Shown: positions 29,814 through 43,212 of the stretch, in pieces
How positions within the stretch are numbered: position 1 is the first letter of the stretch
How the letters are laid out: each line of letters starts with the position of its first letter
Origin: a plasmid
Length of the DNA stretch: 64,000 nt
Direction: 5' to 3' (one strand)
Sequence record: OW849071.1
Notes under the pieces: model-generated
The model's input: the letters and a program-made list of their open reading frames with translations, nothing else
The model's database searches: none
Told to the model about the DNA's origin: nothing
Made by a program: the position numbers and the translations under genes

Positions 29814-30808
29814 CCGCGCTAAAACACCCGGTGCTGCTGTGGGGGCTTCCCGTTGCAGTACTTATTATTATTTTCTGGCTGAGTCTGTTTTGCTACTCGG
29901 CCATTCCTGTTTCCGGAGCAGACGCAATCCGCGCCCTGCTGCCTGGACACACGCCAACGCTACCAGAAGCGCTGGTGCAAAACCTTCGTTTGCCGCGAAG
30001 CCTGGTCGCCGTTCTGATCGGCGCAAGCCTGGCGCTCGCGGGCACGCTGCTGCAAACCCTGACCCACAACCCAATGGCCTCTCCTTCACTGCTCGGCATT
30101 AACAGCGGCGCGGCGCTGGCTATGGCGCTTACCAGCGCGCTGAGTCCGACGCCGGTTGCAGGCTATTCCCTGTCGTTCATCGCGGCATGCGGGGGCGGCG
30201 TGAGCTGGCTGCTGGTCATGACCGCAGGAGGCGGGTTTCGTCATACCCAGGACAGAAACAAACTGATCCTCGCGGGTATCGCGCTGTCGGCCTTTTGTAT
30301 GGCCCTGACCCGCATCACCCTACTGCTGGCCGAAGATCATGCTTACGGCATCTTTTACTGGCTGGCAGGCGGAGTGTCCCACGCCCACTGGCAGGATGTC
30401 TGGCAGCTCTTGCCGGTGGTGGTCACTGCAGTCCCTGTCGTGTTGCTGCTGGCGAATCAACTGAACCTGCTCAACGTCAGCGACAGTACCGCCCATACGC
30501 TGGGAGTGAACCTGCCGAGACTACGTTTGATCATCAATATGTTAGTGCTGCTTCTGGTTGGCGCGTGCGTCAGTGTGGCAGGTCCGGTGGCGTTTATCGG
30601 CCTGCTGGTGCCACATCTGGCGCGCTTCTGGGCAGGCTTCGATCAGCGCAACGTACTGCCGGTGAGCATGCTGCTGGGGGCCACGCTGATGCTGATGGCA
30701 GATGTACTCGCACGCGCGCTGGCCTTCCCCGGCGATCTGCCCGCAGGCGCAGTGCTGGCGCTGATTGGCAGTCCTTGCTTTGTCTGGCTGGTGAGGAGGC
30801 GAGGATGA
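29810..30808 (+). CDS. fecC: Ferric-dicitrate ABC permease FecC.
   Basis: 332 aa FecCD-family permease with an ATGA overlap to fecD. Confidence 0.9.
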   Translation: MTALKHPVLLWGLPVAVLIIIFWLSLFCYSAIPVSGADAIRALLPGHTPTLPEALVQNLRLPRSLVAVLIGASLALAGTLLQTLTHNPMASPSLLGINSGAALAMALTSALSPTPVAGYSLSFIAACGGGVSWLLVMTAGGGFRHTQDRNKLILAGIALSAFCMALTRITLLLAEDHAYGIFYWLAGGVSHAHWQDVWQLLPVVVTAVPVVLLLANQLNLLNVSDSTAHTLGVNLPRLRLIINMLVLLLVGACVSVAGPVAFIGLLVPHLARFWAGFDQRNVLPVSMLLGATLMLMADVLARALAFPGDLPAGAVLALIGSPCFVWLVRRRG

Positions 30809-31761
30809 AAATTGCGCTGGTCATTTTCATCACCCTTGCCCTGGCAGGCTGTGCGCTGTTATCACTCCATATGGGGGTGATCCCCGTGCCGTGGCGCGCG
30901 CTGCTGACCGACTGGCAGGACGGACGCGAGCATTATTATGTATTGATGGAGTACCGACTGCCGCGCTTGCTGCTGGCACTGTTTGTCGGTGCAGCCCTCG
31001 CCGTGGCGGGCGTGCTGGTACAGGGGATTGTGCGTAACCCGCTAGCATCACCGGATATTCTCGGCATTAACCATGCCGCCAGCCTTGCCTCTGTGGGAGC
31101 ACTGCTTCTTATGCCATCACTATCCGTGATGGTGCTGCCGCTGCTGGCCTTTGCGGGCGGTATGGCGGGGTTGATCTTGCTGAAGATGCTGGCAAAGACC
31201 CACCAGCCGATGAAGCTGGCGCTCACCGGCGTGGCGCTTTCCGCCTGCTGGGCGAGCCTGACGGATTACCTGATGCTCCTGCACCCGCAGGATGTAAACA
31301 GTGCCCTGCTGTGGCTGACGGGTAGCTTATGGGGGCGCGACTGGCACTTTGTGAAGATTGCCGTGCCGTTGCTCATTCTGTTTTTGCCGCTGAGCCTGCG
31401 CTTTTGTCGCGATCTCGACCTGCTGGCGCTGGGCGATGCACGAGCAGCCACGCTCGGCGTGTCGGTTCAGCGCACCCGGTTCCAGGGGCTGATGCTGGCT
31501 GTCGCGATGACAGCAACCGGCGTGGCCGTCTGTGGCCCGATAAGTTTTATTGGTCTCGTCGTGCCGCACATGGTGCGCAGGATCGCCGGCGGGCGTCACC
31601 GCTGGCTGATGCCCGTTTCGGCCCTGACGGGCGCGTTGTTGCTGGTCATTGCCGATCTGCTGGCACGAATCATTCATCCGCCGCTGGAGCTTCCGGCAGG
31701 CGTGCTGACCGCCATTATCGGCGCACCGTGGTTTGTCTGGCTGCTTGTGAGAATGCGATAA
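30805..31761 (+). CDS. fecD: Ferric-dicitrate ABC permease FecD.
   Basis: MKIALVIFITLALAGCALLSLHMGVIPVPWRALLTDWQ... matches E. coli FecD. The listed ORF 30187..31761 is an in-frame over-extension. Confidence 0.9.
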   Translation: MKIALVIFITLALAGCALLSLHMGVIPVPWRALLTDWQDGREHYYVLMEYRLPRLLLALFVGAALAVAGVLVQGIVRNPLASPDILGINHAASLASVGALLLMPSLSVMVLPLLAFAGGMAGLILLKMLAKTHQPMKLALTGVALSACWASLTDYLMLLHPQDVNSALLWLTGSLWGRDWHFVKIAVPLLILFLPLSLRFCRDLDLLALGDARAATLGVSVQRTRFQGLMLAVAMTATGVAVCGPISFIGLVVPHMVRRIAGGRHRWLMPVSALTGALLLVIADLLARIIHPPLELPAGVLTAIIGAPWFVWLLVRMR

Positions 31762-32529
31762 ATGAGATTACGTACTGAAAATCTGACCGTCAGCTATGGC
31801 GCACAAACCGTGCTGGATGGACTTTCTCTCGCCCTGCCTGCCGGAAAAATCACGGCCCTGCTCGGCCCTAACGGTTGCGGGAAATCGACGCTGTTGAACT
31901 GTTTTTCTCGCCTGTTAACACCAGACTCTGGCGAGATATTGCTTGATGAAAAACCCATAGCCGGTTTTTCCGCCCGCCAGCTGGCTCGCCGCCTGGCTTT
32001 ACTGCCGCAACACCATTTATCCCCCGAGGGGATCACTGTACGGGAACTGGTTTCCTACGGCCGCAGCCCGTGGCTGTCGTTGTGGGGGCGACTCTCCGCG
32101 GAAGACAACGAGCGGGTCAACGTGGCAATGAGTCAGACCCGGACGCGCAATCTGGCTGACCGCAGGTTAACCCAGCTTTCCGGCGGCCAGCGCCAGCGTG
32201 CGTTTCTGGCGATGGTGCTGGCACAGGATACCCCACTCATTCTTCTTGATGAGCCTACGACCTACCTCGATATCAATCATCAGGTTGAACTGATGCGCCT
32301 GATGGTTGAACTCAAAAGGCAGGGGAAAACCGTAGTGACGGTACTCCACGATCTGAATCAGGCCAGCCGCTATTGCGATCATCTGGTGGTACTGGCAAGC
32401 GGTCGCGTGATGGCGCAAGGTGCTCCGGAAGCAGTGATGAAACCAGAGCTTCTAAAGACGGTGTTCAGCGTAGAAGCGGAAATCCATCCCGAACCGGTAT
32501 CTGGCAGACCCATGTGTGTGGTGAAGTAG
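31762..32529 (+). CDS. fecE: Ferric-dicitrate ABC ATPase FecE.
   Basis: MRLRTENLTVSYGAQTVLDGLSLALPAGKITALLGPNGCGKSTLL...; ~80% identical to K-12 FecE as recalled. Confidence 0.9.
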   Translation: MRLRTENLTVSYGAQTVLDGLSLALPAGKITALLGPNGCGKSTLLNCFSRLLTPDSGEILLDEKPIAGFSARQLARRLALLPQHHLSPEGITVRELVSYGRSPWLSLWGRLSAEDNERVNVAMSQTRTRNLADRRLTQLSGGQRQRAFLAMVLAQDTPLILLDEPTTYLDINHQVELMRLMVELKRQGKTVVTVLHDLNQASRYCDHLVVLASGRVMAQGAPEAVMKPELLKTVFSVEAEIHPEPVSGRPMCVVK

Positions 32530-32627
32530 TCTGGCGAAGTCATAAGGATCATCACAGGACAGATAAAGGAAGTGATAACCACCTGCCAACAGGCACCAAA
32601 ATCTGGCTGGTTGCCGGTATCACCGAC

Positions 32628-32921
32628 ATGCGCAACGGCTTCAATGGTCTCGCCGCAAAGGTGCAGACGATGCTGAAAGATGACCCGATGTCCGGCCATG
32701 TCTTCATCTTCCGGGGCCGCAGCGGCAGTAAGGTCAAACTGCTGTGGTCCACCGGCGACGGACTGTGCCTGCTGACCAAACGGCTGGAACGCGGCCGCTT
32801 CGCCTGGCCCTCTGCCCGCGATGGCAAAGTGTTCCTGACCCCGGCGCAGCTGGCAATGCTTCTGGAAGGCATCGACTGGCGGCAGCCTAAAAGACTGCTT
32901 ACGTCCCTGACCATGTTGTAG
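32628..32921 (+). CDS. IS66-family accessory protein TnpB (orf2), part of a 5'-truncated IS66-family remnant.
   Basis: ...KIWLVAGITDMRNGFNGLAAKVQTMLKDDPMSGHVFIFRGRSGSKVKLLWSTGDGLCLLTKRLERGRFAWP... is the conserved IS66 Orf2 sequence. The true start may lie up to ~60 nt upstream. Confidence 0.7.
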   Translation: MRNGFNGLAAKVQTMLKDDPMSGHVFIFRGRSGSKVKLLWSTGDGLCLLTKRLERGRFAWPSARDGKVFLTPAQLAMLLEGIDWRQPKRLLTSLTML

Positions 32922-32974
32922 GCCTCTTTATTCTGGTTGTCGTTGAATAAGCCTGGTAAAATGCGGGCTTATGA

Positions 32975-33250
32975 ACAACACCTCCCCCTGACGACATCCT
33001 TCTGCTGAAACAGCGCCTGTCCGAACAGGAAGCGCTGAACCGCGCCCTGCTGGAAAAGCAGGCCGACCGGGAGCGCGAAATAGACCATCTGCAGGCGCAG
33101 CTGGATAAGCTTCGCCGGATGAACTTCGGCAGTCGTTCTGAATAAATCTCCCGCCGCATCGCGCAGATAGAAGCCGACCTGAACCGGCTTCAGACAGAAA
33201 GCGATACGCTGACGGGTCGGGTTGCCGATACGGGCCGGGCCCCGTATCGT
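32975..33250 (+). pseudogene. IS66-family transposase TnpC, 5' fragment with a frameshift.
   Basis: ...LLLKQRLSEQEALNRALLEKQADREREIDHLQAQLDKLRRMNFGSRSE then, in another frame, IEADLNRLQTESDTLTGRVADTGRAPYRF. This is the leucine-zipper N-terminus of IS66 TnpC. The remainder is absent. Confidence 0.55.
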
Positions 33251-33515
33251 TTTAACCCTGAATATTCATCGCAGATATTGTTTCGGGTTTTCCGGTATAC
33301 CAGCCCTGAACTAGGTAACCGGGGCCAAGAGAACAGGCGAATTCAAACTGTCCTGGCGTTTCCACCCCTTCAAACACCAGTGGTTTGCCAGTACCACGTA
33401 ACCCTTTCACCATAGAAACAAGTAGCGCTCGCTTCACCGGGTCATCAATATTGGCAATAAAAATACGGTCTATTTTTATCTCATCGAAATCCAGTACCGT
33501 CAGCCATTCAATATG
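33246..33515 (-). pseudogene. EAL-domain (c-di-GMP phosphodiesterase) C-terminal fragment.
   Basis: ...LLVSMVKGLRGTGKPLVFEGVETPGQFEFACSLGPGYLVQGWYTGKP resembles the EAL C-terminal consensus (...AEGVET..Q..FL...GC...QGY...P). It is truncated at both ends by the IS66 remnant and the IS110 flank. Confidence 0.4.
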
Positions 33516-34904
33516 GGGGCCGCTTGGAAAACGGAATCTATGGTCACTCCCGTTTTTGCAACACCGATTTTGACGACAAGTTGGCTTGCTTGAATCTATC
33601 CGGCGTCTGAATGGGATTTTATTCCCGCGCCTCGATGAGTTCCGCGCCTGATGAACCTCCAGAAAATATACGGCTTCAATGAGCCTTTCCGTTTTACAGG
33701 TTCCTCAACAGGCCGGTGGGCCGTTAGTATCATCAATATCAGTATTCGCAAAACCAGATGAATGATTGTTTAAACTGGTGTATTTCTGCCTTTATGCTTC
33801 GTAAGTTTGCTGTCGCGCCGTCAGTGCCCAGGCTATTCTGGCCAGCTTGTTTGCCAGAGCACAGGTGACGACAAAGTTGCTTTTCCGACACAACAACTCC
33901 CTGACCCAGTCGGCCAACTTGCCAGACTGGTGTTCCAGTTTTTGTATGAATACCCTGGCACACTGAACCAACAAAGTTCGGATCTTTTTGTTGCCCCGCT
34001 TGCTAATCCCTAACAATGTCGTCCGACCTCCCGTGCTGTACTGTCGGGGTACCAGCCCTGTTGCCGCCGCAAAGTCACGGCTGCTGGCGTACTGCTTCCC
34101 GTCGCCAATCTCAGTTGAAATAGTACTGGCAGTCAGCGTTCCAACGCAGGGAATACTCAGCAAGCGCTGTCCAACCTCATCTTCGTCCAACTTTCGTTTC
34201 AACTGAGATTCCAGATCTTTAATCTGCTCAACAAGATAGTGATAATGCTGTTGTAATTTCAGCAGTAACTGGCTGAGATAAAGAGGCAAACTACTGTCCT
34301 CAAGAAGGGTACTCAGTCGACTAATAACGGCAGCACCTCGCGGAACGCTGATACCAAATTCCAGCAGAAAAGCATGCATCTGATTAGTTGTTTTCACCTT
34401 ATCCTGAACCAGGGATTCACGGACACGATGCAGAGCTCGCATTGCCTGCTGAGATTCGGTTCTGGGCTGCACGAAACGCATAGATGGACGTGATGCTGCT
34501 TCACAGATAGCTTCAGCATCAACGAAGTCATTTTTGTTGCTTTTAACGAATGGGCGGACAAATTGCGGTGATATCAGCTTTGGAAAATGCCCTAACTCTT
34601 CCAGCTTGCGTGCCATAAAGTGAGAACCGCCACAGGCTTCCATCGCGATGGTTGTTGCCGGGCATGTCGCCAGAAATTCGATTAGCTTTGGTCGGGTGAA
34701 TTTTTTACGGTAAACGGCCTTCCCACGATGATCCTGACAATGAATATGGAAAGAGTTCTTACCCAGATCGATACCAATAAGCGCAATGTTTTCCATGATG
34801 GTTCTCCGAATGAAAGCCTGTCCTCAGCATAGTACTGGGAAGGAGGGAGTGACCATCTCATTAAATATCCTACGTTAAGCCTGTTTTTTGAGCTGGCATG
34901 ACGG
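33516..34904 (-). mobile_element. IS110-family (IS4321/IS5075-like) element copy 2 with conserved flanks, inverted relative to copy 1.
   Basis: Identical to 12515-13903 in reverse complement. The flank at 33516-33553 reads GGGGGCCGCTTGGAAAACGGAATCTATGGTCACTCCCG. A second GGGG-led inverted-repeat-like sequence, GGGGGTCGCTTGGAAAGCGGAACGAGG, lies 60 bp beyond the other end at ~34963. Confidence 0.7.
33792..34796 (-). CDS. IS110-family transposase (identical to 12627..13631).
   Basis: The 334-aa protein is identical to the product of copy 1. Confidence 0.8.
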   Translation of the reverse strand: MENIALIGIDLGKNSFHIHCQDHRGKAVYRKKFTRPKLIEFLATCPATTIAMEACGGSHFMARKLEELGHFPKLISPQFVRPFVKSNKNDFVDAEAICEAASRPSMRFVQPRTESQQAMRALHRVRESLVQDKVKTTNQMHAFLLEFGISVPRGAAVISRLSTLLEDSSLPLYLSQLLLKLQQHYHYLVEQIKDLESQLKRKLDEDEVGQRLLSIPCVGTLTASTISTEIGDGKQYASSRDFAAATGLVPRQYSTGGRTTLLGISKRGNKKIRTLLVQCARVFIQKLEHQSGKLADWVRELLCRKSNFVVTCALANKLARIAWALTARQQTYEA

Positions 34905-35382
34905 GCAGCTATGAGCGAAGTATAGTCATTCGCCCTATCTCTTTTGTCGCACTTTCAACAAGGGGGTCGCTTGGAAAGCGGAACGAGGTCAGTCTCCGCC
35001 CGGACTGCTCAGCTCTTTAAACAGCAAAAGAGAGGCATCTTATGAGAAGGGATTGTTCAGTATGTCAGGGCAGACTGCTTTTTCATCCGCAGGTACTGAG
35101 GGTAAATGCTCAATTCCGGTACGATTCTTACTCTATAGCCAGACAGGGTAATGCTGTCAACCTGTTGATGACTATTTTAATCTGTAGTCATTCAATCCTT
35201 GTAACATCAGGATGATCCTGGTGTCAGTGAAAATACGAAATCAACACGTTGGTATCATTACCCACCTGTGAACTGACGTCGGCATTTTGAATCTCACTTC
35301 GGCGTGCCCCCTCCGAATGGCGCAAAACATTTCGTGGTATGGCATGATAGCACCCGAAGAGAGTCAATTCAGGGTGGTAAAT

Positions 35383-36465
35383 GTGAAACCAGTAACGCTA
35401 TACGATGTCGCAGAGTATGCCGGTGTCTCTTATCAGACCGTTTCCCGCGTGGTGAACCAGGCCAGCCACGTCTCTGCGAAAACGCGGGAAAAGGTGGAAG
35501 CGGCGATGGCGCAGCTGAACTACATTCCCAACCGCGTGGCACAACAACTGGCGGGCAAACAGTCGTTGCTGATTGGCGTTGCTACCTCCAGTCTGGCCCT
35601 GCACGCGCCGTCGCAAATTGTCGCGGCGATTAAATCTCGCGCCGATCAACTGGGTGCCAGCGTGGTGGTGTCGATGGTAGAACGAAGCAGCGTCGAAGCC
35701 TGTAAAGCGGCGGTACATAACCTTCTCGCGCAACGCGTCAGTGGTCTGATCATTAACTATCCGCTGGATGACGAGGATGCCATTGCTGTGGAAGCTGCCT
35801 GCGCTAATGTTCCGGCCCTATTTCTTGATGTCTCTGACCAGACTCCCATCAACAGTATTATTTTTTCCCATGAAGACGGTACGCGACTGGGCGTGGAGCA
35901 TCTGATCGCATTGGGTCACCAGCAAATCGCGTTGTTAGCCGGTCCATTAAGTTCTGTCTCGGCGCGTCTGCGTCTGGCGGACTGGCATAAATATCTCACA
36001 CGCAATCAAATTCATCCGATAGCGGAACGGGAAGGCGACTGGAGTGCCATGTCCGGTTTTCAACAAACTATGCAAATGCTGAATGAGGGCATCGTTCCCA
36101 CTGCGATGCTGGTTGCCAACGATCAGATGGCGCTGGGCGCAATGCGCGCTATTACCGAGTCCGGGCTGCGCGTTGGTGCGGATATCTCGGTAGTGGGATA
36201 CGACGATACCGAAGACAGCTCGTGTTATATCCCGCCGTTAACCACCATCAAACAGGATTTTCGCCTGCTGGGGAAAACTAGCGTGGACCGCTTGCTGAAA
36301 CTCTCTCAGGGCCAGGCGGTGAAGAGCAATCAGCTGTTGCCCGTCTCACTGGTGAAAAGAAAAACCACCCTACCGCCCAATACGCAAACCACCTCTCCCC
36401 GCACGTTGGCAGATTCCTTAATGCAGCTGGCACGACAAGTTTCCCGACTTGAAAGCGGGCAGTGA
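35383..36465 (+). CDS. lacI: Lactose operon repressor LacI (GTG start).
   Basis: VKPVTLYDVAEYAGVSYQTVSRVVNQASHVSAKTREKVEAAMAQLNYIPNRVAQQLAGKQSLLIGVATSSLALHAPSQIVAAIKSRADQLGASVVVSMVERS... is near-identical to E. coli LacI. The lacI promoter-like sequence ggcatgatagcacccgaagagagtcaattcagggtggtaaat lies upstream. Confidence 0.95.
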   Translation: MKPVTLYDVAEYAGVSYQTVSRVVNQASHVSAKTREKVEAAMAQLNYIPNRVAQQLAGKQSLLIGVATSSLALHAPSQIVAAIKSRADQLGASVVVSMVERSSVEACKAAVHNLLAQRVSGLIINYPLDDEDAIAVEAACANVPALFLDVSDQTPINSIIFSHEDGTRLGVEHLIALGHQQIALLAGPLSSVSARLRLADWHKYLTRNQIHPIAEREGDWSAMSGFQQTMQMLNEGIVPTAMLVANDQMALGAMRAITESGLRVGADISVVGYDDTEDSSCYIPPLTTIKQDFRLLGKTSVDRLLKLSQGQAVKSNQLLPVSLVKRKTTLPPNTQTTSPRTLADSLMQLARQVSRLESGQ

Positions 36466-39661
<3,196 letters not shown>

Positions 39662-39667
39662 TAATAA

Positions 39668-40966
<1,299 letters not shown>

Positions 40967-40984
40967 GAAATTAATGTCGGATAC

Positions 40985-41015
40985 GGCGCGAGCGCCTTAT
41001 CCGACCAACTTATCA
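40985..41015 (+). repeat. REP-like palindromic element in the lacY-lacA intergenic region.
   Basis: cggatacggcgcgagcgccttatccgacc is an imperfect palindrome, as in the E. coli lacY-lacA spacer. Confidence 0.5.
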
Positions 41016-41031
41016 GGACGGAATGTTAAAA

Positions 41032-41171
41032 ATGAACATGTCGATGACAGAAAAAATAAAAGCAGGCAAGCTATTTACCGATATGTGCGAAGGCTTACCT
41101 GAAAAAAGACTTCGTGGGAAAACATTAATGTATGAGTTCAATCACTCGCATCCATCAGAAGTTGAAAAAAG
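41032..41171 (+). pseudogene. lacA: lacA (galactoside O-acetyltransferase), 5' fragment of ~46 codons truncated by IS1.
   Basis: atgaacatgtcgatgacagaaaaaataaaagcaggcaagctatttaccgatatgtgcgaaggcttacctgaaaaaagacttcgtgggaaaacattaatgtatgagttcaatcactcgcatccatcagaagttgaaaaaag matches the 5' end of E. coli lacA. It ends at the IS1 inverted repeat at 41172. Confidence 0.85.
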
Positions 41172-41186
41172 GGTAATGACTCCAAC

Positions 41187-41688
41187 TTATTGATAGTGTT
41201 TTATGTTCAGATAATGCCCGATGACTTTGTCATGCAGCTCCACCGATTTTGAGAGCGACAGCGACTTCCGTCCCAGCCGTGCCAGGTGCTGCCTCAGATT
41301 CAGGTTATGCCGCTCAATTCGCTGCGTATATCGCTTGCTGATTACGTGCAGCTTTCCCTTCAGGCGGGATTCATACAGCGGCCAGCCATCCGTCATCCAT
41401 ATCACCACGTCAAAGGGTGACAGCAGGCTCATAAGACGCCCCAGCGTCGCCATAGTGCGTTCACCGAATACGTGCGCAAACCGTCTTCCGGAGCCTGTCA
41501 TACGCGTAAAACAGCCAGCACTGGCGCGATTTAGCCCCGACATAGCCCCACTGTTCGTCCATTTCCGCGCAGACGATGACGTCACTGCCCGGCTGTATGC
41601 GCGAGGTTACCGACTGCGGCCTGAGTTTTTTAAGTGACGTAAAATCGTGTTGAGGCCAACGCCCATAATGCGGGCGGTTGCCCGGCAT
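41187..41688 (-). pseudogene. insB: IS1 insB with an internal frame disruption.
   Basis: InsB-coding sequence is split between ORF 41461..41688 (...[29 protein letters not shown] then stop) and ORF 41187..41585 (...[47 protein letters not shown]...). Compared with the intact 167-aa InsB of copies 1 and 3, an indel is indicated. Confidence 0.6.
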
Positions 41689-41882
41689 CCAACACCATTC
41701 ATGGCCATATCAATGATTTTCTGGTGCGTACCGGGTTGAGAAGCGGTGTAAGTGAACTGCAGTTGCCATGTTTTACGGCAGTGAGAGCAGAGATAGCGCT
41801 GATGTCCGGCAGTGCTTTTGCCGTTACGCACCACCCCGTCAGTAGCTGAACAGGAGGGGCAGCTGATAGAAACAGAAGCCAC
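41607..41882 (-). CDS. insA: IS1 InsA.
   Basis: 91 aa, [40 protein letters not shown]... Confidence 0.85.
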
Positions 41883-41937
41883 TGGAGCACCTCAAAAACA
41901 CCATCATACACTAAATCAGTAAGTTGGCAGCATCACC

Positions 41938-42286
41938 GACCTCCCAGGGCCTGTGTAATTCTGTCACCAAATAGTATCGTCAGACTACGATCATAGTAAA
42001 TGGTTTCACCAGTGATAGATTCATGCTTTAATATTATCCCATAGCCATATCTTTCAAGCATATTCATACCCACCCTTGCCAAATTGTAAGAATAATTTAT
42101 TCCCCAAATGGAACCATTTCTTCCTTCAAAAAACTCCGCTCTGTAATATCTTTTTAGAAATTCATAGTGTGCGTCTTCACTAAACATACCCCCTCCCGCT
42201 ACAGAATTTACATAACAGTTTTTTATAATAAAAAGATGAAATGCATAAATATATATCCCGTTTTTCCTCTGCCGCCCACCATTCAC
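41938..42286 (-). pseudogene. Hypothetical protein in a low-GC region; the 3' end is cut by IS1 and the stop codon is supplied by the IS.
   Basis: ORF 41933..42286 (MNGGRQRKNGIYIYAFHLFIIKNCY...ITQALGGR) terminates inside the IS1 terminus. The region is AT-rich, unlike its neighbours. No family was recognised. Confidence 0.35.
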
Positions 42287-42521
42287 AGATAGAGGATATA
42301 ATCCTATATTATTTATTGTATGCTTAAATCATTTGATGACTATGGTTTCATATATTTTCATCATGTTAGCACCCATGATGTATGTTTATTTTTTCTGAAG
42401 CATACCAATAATCAAACCCCGTTCAACATAACAACATAAAATAATTTATAACAAATTTAGTTGAAACTTAATATATGAGATAGTGACTTTCCATAAGCAG
42501 ATCATTAGTTTATAGGGCATC

Positions 42522-43088
42522 CTAACGATGCAGGCTCCTCCTGGCAAAACTGTCGATGATGAGATTTTTTTTGCGGTATATTCCACTTATTTTGGTGGTA
42601 TTCAGTTTATGCAAAACAATACCGACAAAAGACTGAACCGTTTTTTTGGAGATCAGCAGGCTACGGGAAATTTCATCTATCGAATAACCATTTAAAATCA
42701 TATTGATAACATGTGTTTCTCTTTTGGTAAATGACAACTTGTCCCTCTTCAGATTGATCCCCATTTTTTTAAACGCCTGCCTCATCATGAGATATTCATT
42801 ACCGCTTAATTCAGTGTCAATGCATACCGCTTCACGCCCTGTCCCGCTCATTCCTGACGCCGGTTTTAATAAAAAGATAAGATTGACCGGTGAAATGTGT
42901 AGGTACTTGAGACGTTCGGCATCGCCGGTGTTCAGCTCTGACTCCACAATCACCACATCGCTGTTGCTGAAGGCAATATCGCTGACCCGTGAAAACACAA
43001 CCCTGTTGACGGAGAGGCTGTTGTCGCTGAACATACATTTCAGACCTACAAGCATGAAATTATTATTGGTAATAACATAGATATTCAT
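42522..43088 (-). CDS. LuxR/GerE-family transcriptional regulator (orphan, low GC).
   Basis: 188 aa. The C-terminal HTH ...THVINMILNGYSIDEISRSLLISKKTVQSFVGIVLHKLNTTKISGI is LuxR-type. The N-terminal domain is receiver-like but atypical. An AT-rich upstream region spans 43089-43212. Confidence 0.6.
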   Translation of the reverse strand: MNIYVITNNNFMLVGLKCMFSDNSLSVNRVVFSRVSDIAFSNSDVVIVESELNTGDAERLKYLHISPVNLIFLLKPASGMSGTGREAVCIDTELSGNEYLMMRQAFKKMGINLKRDKLSFTKRETHVINMILNGYSIDEISRSLLISKKTVQSFVGIVLHKLNTTKISGIYRKKNLIIDSFARRSLHR

Positions 43089-43212
43089 ATAGTCCCCGCA
43101 GCAATACCTTTTGCGAAGCGTCCCGTTCCTTATGTTCTGACAAAGTGGTGCCTGTATTGGTGTCGCCGGGTAACTATGACGTACTCCGGCTCAGCGGAGT
43201 ACGTCAACTGCT

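Larger units (their letters stand above)
41172..41937 (-). mobile_element. IS1 copy 2, inverted relative to copy 1 (~766 bp).
   Basis: Ends are ggtaatgactccaacttattgat (41172-) and cagtaagttggcagcatcacc (-41937). insA is on the minus strand. The 9-bp flanks tgaaaaaag and gacctccca do not match. Confidence 0.9.

Noticed and set aside
30187-31761. The 524-aa ORF suggests a much longer FecD.
   Set aside because: It is an in-frame read-through across fecC in another frame. The E. coli-like FecD sequence MKIALVIFITLALAG begins at 30805, with the usual ATGA overlap to fecC.
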